IMG/VR virus record: IMGVR_UViG_3300025390_000524
Span: 6,365-70,364 of that record
From: a virus
Lineage: Duplodnaviria > Caudoviricetes
Length of the DNA stretch: 64,000 nucleotides
Strand: one strand, 5' to 3'
Below the pieces are notes generated by a model, which saw only the letters and a program-made list of their open reading frames with translations, was not told the DNA's origin and did no database searches. Shown piece after piece: positions 28,342 through 36,708 of the stretch (position 1 is the stretch's first letter; each line of letters starts with the position of its first letter). Both the position numbers and the translations under genes were made by a program.

Positions 28342-29298
28342 TTAGTAATCGAAATAGCTGATAGTACCAGAGCGATCTAGATTACAAGTTTGTTGAATAT
28401 ATTGGTTTTTCTGGATAGATTCAGGTAAACCAGAAATTACAGCAGCAAAATCATGTCCACCACGTTGTGAACCTTTAAGTACTGTAACGCGGACCAACTG
28501 GGCGTTGAGCACGGCTGCATTTAAAATCGCTAATCCAGGATCTTGATAAACTTGAATACCTTGAGTAGTAGATTTCCCATCAAGTTGGGTAACCGCTTTT
28601 TGAGTATCAAGTCCAGCACTGAAATTTTGTTCAGCAATTACTGTAGCAGATTGTTCTAAACTAACTTGGTTTGCACTAAATAAAGGAATCCAAGCGTTGA
28701 TTGTAGCAGTAGCACCAGAAGTTATAGCAGCAGTTGCAGGCAAGATAAAAACACCTTGTGCGCCAATTGGAGCATAGGCAGATACATATACTGGTTTGAT
28801 TACACCAGCATCGTTAAATGGTAATCTAGTTCCTTCGTATAGAGCAACAGTTAAAGGAGCACTTAAAGTGATTTCAGTAGCGCCGATTGCAACAGCTCCA
28901 GAAGCGTTAGTAAAAGGAGTAATAGCAGCAGTAGTTCCAGAAGAAGGATAACCAGAACCAGGAGCAGTAATAACGTAACCAGTAACCACACCACCAACTA
29001 CCAAGAGAGTAGCAGCAGCTCCAGTTCCACCAGTTCCAGTAAAAGCAATTGAAGCTCCATTAATATAACCAGAACCACCAGCAGTAATTTGGATAGCAGT
29101 GATAGCTCCAGCAGTTACTGTAACAGTAGCAGTAGCACCAGAACCAGCAGTATCAGTTCCAAGAGTGCCTAAAGTAAAAGATTGAGAAGGTACAGAATCT
29201 CCACGATTATAAGCAGTAGAGATCAGAATTTTAGTATCTTGACCTGGAGTGAAGTTAGTGGTGTTAGCCACTAAAGTTGAATAATTGAGAACAGCCAT
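28342..29298 (-). CDS. Tail tube (major tail) protein paralog 1 with GSGY-repeat insert
   Basis: N-terminal 'NFTPGQDTKI', C-terminal 'WIPLFSAN..QRGGHDFAAVISGLPES..CNLDRSG', and an inserted 'ITAGGSGY' repeat region. Confidence 0.6.
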   Translation of the reverse strand: MAVLNYSTLVANTTNFTPGQDTKILISTAYNRGDSVPSQSFTLGTLGTDTAGSGATATVTVTAGAITAIQITAGGSGYINGASIAFTGTGGTGAAATLLVVGGVVTGYVITAPGSGYPSSGTTAAITPFTNASGAVAIGATEITLSAPLTVALYEGTRLPFNDAGVIKPVYVSAYAPIGAQGVFILPATAAITSGATATINAWIPLFSANQVSLEQSATVIAEQNFSAGLDTQKAVTQLDGKSTTQGIQVYQDPGLAILNAAVLNAQLVRVTVLKGSQRGGHDFAAVISGLPESIQKNQYIQQTCNLDRSGTISYFDY

Positions 29299-29356
29299 TA
29301 ATTTTATCCTTTATGCATAAAGTATAGTTGTATTATACTATAAAGCTTTATTTTAT

Positions 29357-30712
29357 CTAAAAATAAGTAGTAGGGCCTGTGCGCTCTAAATTTATTGTTT
29401 GCTGATTGAATTTATCTTTGGCGTAGGAAGCAGGCAAGCTAGAAACATAGGCAGCAAAACTACAACCACCTCTTTGATTACCTCTAAGCACCACAAAATT
29501 AACTAGCTGAGCGTTTGTATAGGCATTTTGTAAAATATAAAACCCTGGGTCATTATAAACCTGTATACCTTGGATGGTTGCTTTGCTATCAATACCAATT
29601 GCAGCTTTAATGGCGTTGATATCGCCGTCCATGACCTGTTCACTGATGATTGTAGAGTTTTGTTCTAGGTTGATAGAATTAGCGCTAAAAAGAGGAATCC
29701 AAGCCGTAGTATTGACCGCTACTGAATTTAAAGGTGCTCCTATATATTCGGTTAACAGTGGAATGTTGTAACTACCGACGGGAATATATTGAGGCACTAC
29801 CACAGCAAAATTATTATTGATAGTCAATCTAGTGCCTTCGTATATTGGATAGGTTGTAGGACTAGATAAATCAAACGAAATATTACCAGAGAGCAATCTT
29901 CCAGCATCTATAGAAGTTCCACCAGAATAACTAGCGCTGGTTGCTCCTTTGATATTTAAAATATATGTGCCATTAGGTATTCCAGAGCCTGCATTGCTAA
30001 TTGTAAATCCAGTAACCACACCATTGGAATTGGTGGTTCCATAGCCTGAAAAAGTATTATTACCGGGATAACCTGCAAAAAATCCAATCTTGGCATAAGG
30101 ATAGGAACTATTGCCAGAGAAATAAGAATAACCACTAGTTCCATACCAATAATTAGTACCACCATTTAAAACCGTAGCACTAGTTACTGAACCTCCGCTT
30201 ACCGTCAATTGGACTATAGCCCCGTTTCCTACTGGAACTGAACAGGCATAGGTAGAAGAAATTTGAGCATATGCCCCAGCAGGAGTTAAAGCGCCATAGC
30301 CATATTGTCTAACTTGAGATGGTGGATTATAACCAGAACCACCATAGAGGTTGCTATAACCTGTAATTATTCCATTTGTAACAATTAAATTAGCACCAGC
30401 AGGATCTACGCCAGTTTCATCATCTCCACCAGAGCCACCTTGTGATAAATTTAAAAATCTGATATTTACTCCACGGTTATAACCAGATCCACCATTGTTG
30501 ATAATTAAATCTACAATTGAGCCATTATTGACCACAGGCGTAATTACAGCTCCAGATCCTGCCGTAACACCAGATGGAGGACTGCCCATCGTTAAGCTCA
30601 AATTTGGTGGAGTTGCTCCATAATTGTAGGCGGTACTAACAAAGATTTTAGTATCTTGTCCTGGAGTAAAGTTAGTATTATTGCCAACTAAAGCAGAATA
30701 ATTTAAAGCCAT
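29357..30712 (-). CDS. Tail tube protein paralog 2 with longer insert
   Basis: Same N- and C-terminal blocks as 28342-29298, with a larger GSGY/Gly-Tyr-rich insert. Confidence 0.6.
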   Translation of the reverse strand: MALNYSALVGNNTNFTPGQDTKIFVSTAYNYGATPPNLSLTMGSPPSGVTAGSGAVITPVVNNGSIVDLIINNGGSGYNRGVNIRFLNLSQGGSGGDDETGVDPAGANLIVTNGIITGYSNLYGGSGYNPPSQVRQYGYGALTPAGAYAQISSTYACSVPVGNGAIVQLTVSGGSVTSATVLNGGTNYWYGTSGYSYFSGNSSYPYAKIGFFAGYPGNNTFSGYGTTNSNGVVTGFTISNAGSGIPNGTYILNIKGATSASYSGGTSIDAGRLLSGNISFDLSSPTTYPIYEGTRLTINNNFAVVVPQYIPVGSYNIPLLTEYIGAPLNSVAVNTTAWIPLFSANSINLEQNSTIISEQVMDGDINAIKAAIGIDSKATIQGIQVYNDPGFYILQNAYTNAQLVNFVVLRGNQRGGCSFAAYVSSLPASYAKDKFNQQTINLERTGPTTYF

Positions 30713-31266
30713 TAGCTCCTCTTGTATAGCGCACCGTAAGATACTTTAATCAAAGTAGATTCAAAAGCTATACCAGTAGTCAATTCTGTATAGGGTACAG
30801 TTCTTGGCGTATCTAAAATCGTAAAAGCTTCTGAAGCAATAATTTTCATGGTTGCCAATTGGGTAGAAAGTTCAGGATTAAACTGTCTAAGTTGAATTGA
30901 ATATTTTGTATAGATTTCAACGCCTAGGTTAAAACTAGCAAAACTGGTTAAATCCACAGTTCTAGAAATAATACATTCTATGCCAGACTTTGGCGCCATT
31001 CTAAACTGGGTATCTAGTGTTGGTGGTTCTACCCTAATCGAAGGGATGGTAGCAGAAACCACATTGTTTTTCATCAGTTGATATTGTCCCAAATCATCAG
31101 CCAAAATTAACAGCAAAGTCTGATTGATTGCTAGTAAAGTATTGTCTAAATCAGCTTGAGTAGGCAGCGATAAAGGACTGAAATTCATGATTTTATAATC
31201 AACTGTATTACTTGATAGTATAACAAAAACGCTCTTTCTAAAAAGAAAAAGCGCATATAAACACAA
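30712..31266 (-). CDS. Putative tail terminator/completion protein
   Basis: Immediately upstream of the tail tube genes; size fits. Real start probably 'MNFSPLS'. Confidence 0.4.
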   Translation of the reverse strand: MCLYALFLFRKSVFVILSSNTVDYKIMNFSPLSLPTQADLDNTLLAINQTLLLILADDLGQYQLMKNNVVSATIPSIRVEPPTLDTQFRMAPKSGIECIISRTVDLTSFASFNLGVEIYTKYSIQLRQFNPELSTQLATMKIIASEAFTILDTPRTVPYTELTTGIAFESTLIKVSYGALYKRS

Positions 31267-31298
31267 TCTAAAAGGGGTTAAGACTATTATCTCATACC

Positions 31299-32231
31299 TT
31301 AAAATGGCATGATATCTTCCGCATTATCCAACTCCTCAACAGCTTCTTTGACGGCTGCTGGTATTGGTTGAGTAGGTTTTTCACCATAGCCTTTGTTGGG
31401 TAAAGCAAAATAATTATATTCCTTAAAGTAAGAAATAATTTGTTTACCTAATGGTGTTTCTATTGGTATTACCAAATCTTTTATGTCAGCTCCGACATAT
31501 TTTATAGCTTTACCCAAAGTTGTAGTAAAGTCCTTGTGTGCTCCTTTTTCTAAGGTTGGTTGAGATACCGTGCCAGCATAGATACTAGGACTATTGCTTT
31601 CATGTCTGTGCAACGTCAAGCCAAAATCTACTACTAACCTAGCTCTGCCTTCAGCTTTGATGGTTTTAGCTGGAGCGTTAAACTGTGCATAAAACGCTTT
31701 TTCAAGGTCTTTGTAGTATTCGGTTAATTGTTTTCCTATTGCGGTAGCAAACGCGCCTCTAAGCGAAATTTGCAGCACTCCATTATGCAATGCTTGATTG
31801 TTGCTATCTAGGAAAATTACTAAGAATCTAGAAAGAGTACGATAATTCTTTTTCTCGATTGGTGGCATGCTTTTTAATTTATCCACCCAACCATTATTGA
31901 AAAATAAATCTAAGTATTCCCAACGTGAACCGTTGTATTTTTGCACTTCAGTAGCGGCTCTATGCAAAACTACCATTCTTAGCTTGTTAGTAATAAACCC
32001 AGGTTTAGGTTCGTTCTCCACAAATTCTATAGAAGTTTCAGTCCAGTTATCATCTGGCTTAAATCCTAATTGCGTGGCTTGGTCTCCTGCAATAAAAATT
32101 CCCCAAGGGAGTTTAAATTTTCTAATATCAGCCAAGCTCATGTTTTTTGGATTTACCACCTGTGCCCAAGGAATTATATTTGCACTAGATTCTTGATCCG
32201 CGAATTCAGTTAGACGTAATGTCGAGTTCAT
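31299..32231 (-). CDS. Conserved cyanobacterial protein (DUF5895-like; possible ssDNA-binding/recombination factor)
   Basis: 'IIPWAQVVNP..GIFI..LGFKPDDNW', with an acidic C-terminal tail ending 'EDIMPF' like SSB clamp/partner-binding tails. Confidence 0.45.
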   Translation of the reverse strand: MNSTLRLTEFADQESSANIIPWAQVVNPKNMSLADIRKFKLPWGIFIAGDQATQLGFKPDDNWTETSIEFVENEPKPGFITNKLRMVVLHRAATEVQKYNGSRWEYLDLFFNNGWVDKLKSMPPIEKKNYRTLSRFLVIFLDSNNQALHNGVLQISLRGAFATAIGKQLTEYYKDLEKAFYAQFNAPAKTIKAEGRARLVVDFGLTLHRHESNSPSIYAGTVSQPTLEKGAHKDFTTTLGKAIKYVGADIKDLVIPIETPLGKQIISYFKEYNYFALPNKGYGEKPTQPIPAAVKEAVEELDNAEDIMPF

Positions 32232-32334
32232 TTTATTTTTTGTTCAAGTAAATTACAGGATTTAATGATTTCTCATTGATCTAATACTATCAAACCTGCC
32301 GAACCGCCAAAAACAACTAAAATCCACCATTCTT

Positions 32335-32614
32335 GTTACACATTTACACTTTGCGTTGTAAACATGTAAACCCCTATGGATAATAGGTTGTAGCCCTCTT
32401 TTTTACTTACTTTACACTTTTACATTAAAAATAAAAATATATATATATAAGAAATAAAGGGGTATCTCCATGAGCACTTGGTTTTCTTTCTCGCGCATGC
32501 ATATATAAATTTATTTAAAAAAAGTGTAAAAGTGTAAACCCTGCATTTTTGGGTACTCAAACCCATATGCAGTAATGGTTTACATGTTTACAGTAACAGG
32601 TGTAAAACTGTAAC
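32335..32614. repeat. Nested inverted repeats of tandem TGTAA motifs around an AT-rich core (candidate replication origin)
   Basis: Perfect 16-bp IR 32357-32372/32577-32592; perfect 14-bp IR 32411-32424/32525-32538; 13/15 IR 32335-32349/32600-32614. Confidence 0.7.
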
Positions 32615-32693
32615 GGATTCTGTAAAAACAGAAGAAAAAGTCAATTGAACAGAAATGGGATAATAGACAAAACACAAATATTTCGCATTACCT

Positions 32694-33791
32694 ATGGAAT
32701 TTGTCATTGCTCAAAGTATTTTGAAGGAAACCTTAAATTTGGTTGGCGCTGCTGTTCCTGGCAATCCAACGCATCCAATTTTAGGGAATATCCTAATTAA
32801 CGTAAAAGACAATCAAGCGACCTTTACAGGCTTTGACCTTGTTACTTCTATAACTGCTACAGTGGCGGTAGAATCGGCTGTAGACGGCACAATTACGTTG
32901 CCTGCTGCTACTTTAAAAAGTTTAATTACCAAACTAGAACCACAGGTATTGTCGTTAAAGTTAACCGACAACGATGAATTTACGATATATAGTAATTCTG
33001 GTGAATTTGTCTTGCGTGGATTGGCGGCATACAATTATCCAGCTTTACCAAGTTTTGCTGATGCTGAAGCTTTTGAAATTCAAACGAAAGATTTTGCTGC
33101 TGGAATAGACCTAGTAAGTTTCTGTTGCTCTAAAGAAGAAATGAAACAGATTTTAACTGGTGTAAATATCAAAAAAACTGGCAATACAATAACCTTTGCT
33201 GCTACCGATAGTCATAGATTGGCAACTGCAAGCTTTTTGATAGATGGAGTAGAGGATTTTACAGCGACAATCCACGGTAAAGGAATCAAAGAAATTTCAA
33301 AGATTATCAAAAACCAAACCAGTTTTACTTTGAAACTAATCAAGGATTCAATGGTCGAGGTGACGGCAGGCAACATGGTTGTAACTACCAGATGTCTAGC
33401 TGGTGGCTATCCAGCATATCAAAATATCCTTCCTAACAGCTTTAAAATCCAAGGGATATGTAATCGCCAAGAATTGATAAATAAAAGCGCAATAGTCAAT
33501 ATTGTGTCTGATGCTTTGCGCAATGTAGTCAAATGGGATTTTGCTTTTGGTAGTTTGTATTTAAGCGCTTCGACTGAAGGTAACAATGCTAAAGAAATGC
33601 TCAAAGTTGAAGGTATTGAACAGGCTTTTGAAATTGCGTTTAATTCCAAATATCTACTGGATGGTTTAAAAATCATTCCTGGTGAACGTATAACAATCAA
33701 TGCCAATGATTCGAATCAACCAATTATTTTTACACCACAATCTGGAATTGATTTTACTTATTTAGTTATGCCTGTACAAATAGTCAAATGA
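32694..33791 (+). CDS. dnaN: DNA polymerase III beta sliding clamp
   Basis: 'HPILGNILI', 'GFDL', 'ILTGV..AATDSHRLA', 'GGYPAYQNILP', 'IAFNSKYLLDGL', 'YLVMPVQ'. Confidence 0.92.
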   Translation: MEFVIAQSILKETLNLVGAAVPGNPTHPILGNILINVKDNQATFTGFDLVTSITATVAVESAVDGTITLPAATLKSLITKLEPQVLSLKLTDNDEFTIYSNSGEFVLRGLAAYNYPALPSFADAEAFEIQTKDFAAGIDLVSFCCSKEEMKQILTGVNIKKTGNTITFAATDSHRLATASFLIDGVEDFTATIHGKGIKEISKIIKNQTSFTLKLIKDSMVEVTAGNMVVTTRCLAGGYPAYQNILPNSFKIQGICNRQELINKSAIVNIVSDALRNVVKWDFAFGSLYLSASTEGNNAKEMLKVEGIEQAFEIAFNSKYLLDGLKIIPGERITINANDSNQPIIFTPQSGIDFTYLVMPVQIVK

Positions 33792-34483
33792 TGACCAACA
33801 AACCAATTCTCAAAGCTCCAGTAACACCAGAAGACCAACTATATTACCAAGGAGTTGGTTATCTTTTTGCTTTGGTTAAAGGCAAATTAGTTAAAGGTGC
33901 TAAATATAAATTTATGCAATTTCACGTAATGGTTGATGGCGTGGAACATCTGTTAACGTTTAAATCCAATCTAGTAAAAACTGCCATAATTCAACAACTC
34001 AAAGCTTATCCTGAAACGCCATTGTGGTTAAGATGTTATCCACAATATTCGCAAACAATAAAAAATCATTATTTTTGTTGTATTTATTTCAGCTTGACCC
34101 GTCCAGAAAATGCAAGAGATCGCCAGTTTTTACTAAAAGGGATTTGGCAATATATTGCACCATTCAAAGGAAATTATTTTACAATTTACCGCAACCAACG
34201 AAAACAAGACGAATCTATCCGCAACCACCACGTGCCAATAGTTTGGGCTAAACGCGCTTGGAAACCTACCGATAAACTACCAAAGTTTTCAGTAATTAAT
34301 GCTTATTTTGGTGATGGTCAAATGTCCCACCTTCAAACAATATCTGAATCTGAAAAAATCCCAGTAAAAGTAAGGAAAGGGAAAAAAACTAAAACTGCAT
34401 TGAAACCAGGTTTGCCGCCAGCATTCTTGCCGCCTCATCAACCCAAGGTCTTGAAGGAATCACCGTCCCAGTGCTCAATGTAG
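33788..34483 (+). CDS. Hypothetical protein (cyanobacterial mobile-element type)
   Basis: 231 aa with 'LWLRCYPQ' and 'LKGIWQYI'; overlaps the dnaN stop. Confidence 0.5.
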   Translation: MMTNKPILKAPVTPEDQLYYQGVGYLFALVKGKLVKGAKYKFMQFHVMVDGVEHLLTFKSNLVKTAIIQQLKAYPETPLWLRCYPQYSQTIKNHYFCCIYFSLTRPENARDRQFLLKGIWQYIAPFKGNYFTIYRNQRKQDESIRNHHVPIVWAKRAWKPTDKLPKFSVINAYFGDGQMSHLQTISESEKIPVKVRKGKKTKTALKPGLPPAFLPPHQPKVLKESPSQCSM

Positions 34484-34763
34484 CCCCTTGATGGACAATC
34501 ATGGCATGGTCAACATTGTAGCTATAGAGTGCTTCGTTGGGATTGATTCGCTCGACATTTAAACTATCAAACAATTCTTGAGTATCGATAATATCACGTG
34601 GACCAGCAGGAGTTAACCCTCTTGCTTTTCGCATGGTATCTCTGGGCCAATTCCATTTTTCTGCTTGCATTTGTGCTTGTTGTTCAGTTTTAAACTGTTC
34701 AACTATTTGGCTAAATGCGTTTTCTATATGAGTTTCTAAAATAGTCCAATCAAGTGTTGACAT
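34389..34763 (-). CDS. Tail completion/neck protein (HK97 gp10-like)
   Basis: 'PRDIIDTQELFDS', 'IVHQGATL', 'IPSRPWVDEA'. Confidence 0.65.
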   Translation of the reverse strand: MSTLDWTILETHIENAFSQIVEQFKTEQQAQMQAEKWNWPRDTMRKARGLTPAGPRDIIDTQELFDSLNVERINPNEALYSYNVDHAMIVHQGATLSTGTVIPSRPWVDEAARMLAANLVSMQF

Positions 34764-35010
34764 TTTCCAAAATCCTTTTAAGTTGAATTCTTTGTTCTTT
34801 GGTCAATAACTTGGCTGCTTCTTGTAAAGTTTGATTCCCAAAACTAGTTTTATAAACATCACGCAATATTTTTATCTGTTCATTAATATCTAGTTTGATA
34901 TCATCGGTTGAATCCTTATAAGCAACAAACGGACTAAAAAATTCAATCTTTTCAGTCATGCTTAAAACATCAATAAAATCTTGCGCAATTGCTTCAATGA
35001 TACCGATCAT
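34750..35010 (-). CDS. Hypothetical protein
   Basis: 86-aa ORF. Confidence 0.4.
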   Translation of the reverse strand: MIGIIEAIAQDFIDVLSMTEKIEFFSPFVAYKDSTDDIKLDINEQIKILRDVYKTSFGNQTLQEAAKLLTKEQRIQLKRILENVNT

Positions 35011-35088
35011 TGTCCTGAAGTAACTCTAAAGCCAAAAAGGCAATCATTATGGCAATAATTGTTAAAGTCAGTTGAGCAACCATAATTA

Positions 35089-35604
35089 TTATTTAGCTTT
35101 ATTTTCTATTGTACCAACTTCACTAAAATCATAAATCTTAGGAGGTTGTGCTGTTCCTACAATTAACGATTGTGTCAAGACATCATTAGAATCTTTGATA
35201 GAACGTTCAATAATTTCTTTTTGAGTTTTGCTCAGTCCTTCCAATGCCAAAAATCCACAACCAACAGCTTCGATTAAAACAGCATAGAGGTTGTTTAAGT
35301 CCCAAGAGAAAGTATCAATATTATCTAATGAACGGATTTTAAAAGATTCTGGAATACTATCTTTATTATTGCGTTTAAAAAATGTAGCAACCTTTCCAGA
35401 ACGAAATACTATAGAAGGTTTAATGTTTTCTGTAATTTTATAACTCAATATAAAATCATCTAGCAATTGCTTTAACGTTCCAGCTTTCTTAAAACCAATT
35501 AATGTAAAACTTTTATCTTCACTATTAAACGTAAAGGCAGCAGCCCCCACAATATTTATATTTTGAGATGACGTGCCAATACCAAAAATTAAAGCTTGCG
35601 ACAT
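35089..35604 (-). CDS. Hypothetical protein
   Basis: Likely start ATG 35604 (MSQALIFG); the longer ORF-track start runs into the last CRISPR repeat. Confidence 0.5.
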   Translation of the reverse strand: MSQALIFGIGTSSQNINIVGAAAFTFNSEDKSFTLIGFKKAGTLKQLLDDFILSYKITENIKPSIVFRSGKVATFFKRNNKDSIPESFKIRSLDNIDTFSWDLNNLYAVLIEAVGCGFLALEGLSKTQKEIIERSIKDSNDVLTQSLIVGTAQPPKIYDFSEVGTIENKAK

Positions 35605-35654
35605 AAAAAAAATAACCTTCCAAAGCTTGAAAGGTTTTGTTAATAAAATTGTAT

Positions 35655-36207
35655 CAAAAAAATAGGTCAAGAAGGCAACAGGTTAGAAACTCGCCTGCCT
35701 TAGCACGATCCGTTAACCAAGACCTATAGGCAGTTGCAAATAGGTTAAGAAGGCAACAGGTTGGAAACCAATCAACCTAGTTCTATAGATGCACTTTTGG
35801 CTAGGTTGCAAAAAGGTTAAGAAGGCAACAGGTTAGAAACTTTCTTTTGATTTGATTATTAGTTTCCTCATATTGGCTGTTGCAAAAAGGTTAAGAAGGC
35901 AACAGGTTAGAAACTCTATCATTGTCAGAGAAGTTGAACGTTCTAGTTCTTTAGTTGCAAATAGGTTAAGAAGGCAACAGGTTAGAAACGGTAGGATGTT
36001 GTCAATCTTGACATTATCTGATCCTGTTGCAAATAGGTCAAGAAGGCAACAGGTTAGAAACTATAATGCCAGGTTGGGGAATCTATCGATGAATAGCGTT
36101 GCAAATAGGTTAAGAAGGCAACAGGTTAGAAACTAGATGTTTTTTTTACAGATTGAGACTGAGTAGCAAGGGTTGCAAATAGGTCAAGAAGGCAACAGGT
36201 TGGAAAC
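35655..36207 (-). CRISPR. CRISPR array A: 8 repeats (36 bp; minus-strand consensus GTTTCTAACCTGTTGCCTTCTTAACCTATTTGCAAC), 7 spacers of 36-42 nt
   Basis: Repeats at 35655 (degenerate trailer), 35733, 35805, 35879, 35954, 36026, 36098 and 36172; spacers 42, 36, 38, 39, 36, 36, 38 nt. The degenerate repeat on the left and the leader on the right give minus orientation. Confidence 0.97.
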
Positions 36208-36345
36208 AGGGCAACATTTTCAAAAGCCATTTCCGAGGGGTAAGTTTTTAGATCGCTGAAATGAACTTTTAACTTTTTTAAAATGGCATCAAAGCCAGTC
36301 TGGGTAAAGAGTCGAGGGCTAGCACGAAAGAATAATAGTTTCATA
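36208..36345 (-). promoter_or_regulatory. Leader of array A
   Basis: Non-coding region adjacent to the undegenerated terminal repeat; minus strand '..TTTCAGCGATCTAAAAACTTACCCCTCGGAAATGGCTTTTGAAAATGTTGCCCT|GTTTC' resembles cyanobacterial chromosomal CRISPR leaders (from memory, not searched). Confidence 0.65.
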
Positions 36346-36377
36346 GGTTTAATTTGTTAAATTGATTGAGCTGTTAG

Positions 36378-36610
36378 CCCCTCTCTAAGAGAGTAAAGTG
36401 TGCCTCGTCAATGTTAAAAAAGTTTGTCATGTTAATTACACTGTTCCTACCTTAAAAGAACTGTTTAATAATTAACCATAGGGCTGGGGACTGGCTTGTA
36501 TCCCAAGGTATGATAGCTTTTTTAACGTAGTCAATTAAGACTTAGACTGGGATCCATAGTTCGTTAATAGCCGTTTGATTAGCTAAAAGAACTTTGCCTT
36601 CTTAACTTAT
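36378..36610 (-). ncRNA. omegaRNA/HEARO-derived tracrRNA-like scaffold, copy A (anti-repeat 36594-36610)
   Basis: Minus strand carries IscB omegaRNA hallmarks (CAGTCTAAG, CTACGTT, ACCTTGGGA..GCCAGTCCC, TTAAACAG, AACAGTG, TAACATTGACGAGGCACACTTTAC). Its 5' end ATAAGTTAAGAAGGCAA is complementary to the repeat; GATAAT -10 box at 36615-36620. Confidence 0.85.
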
Positions 36611-36660
36611 ACTTATTATCCCATAGTCAAAATTTGTACAAAAACCCTATTTTTTCACAT

Positions 36661-36685
36661 AAAAAAACCACCTATTAAAAGGTGG
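36661..36685 (-). terminator. Rho-independent terminator downstream of iscB
   Basis: Minus strand CCACCT-TTTAAT-AGGTGG followed by T7. Confidence 0.8.
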
Positions 36686-36708
36686 AGTTAGGTCAAGAAG
36701 GCAACAAG

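Noticed and set aside
35852-36344. ORF-track entries 35852-36136 (+) and 36126-36344 (-)
   Set aside because: They are translations of CRISPR repeats ('VANRLRRQQVRN') and the leader, not genes.
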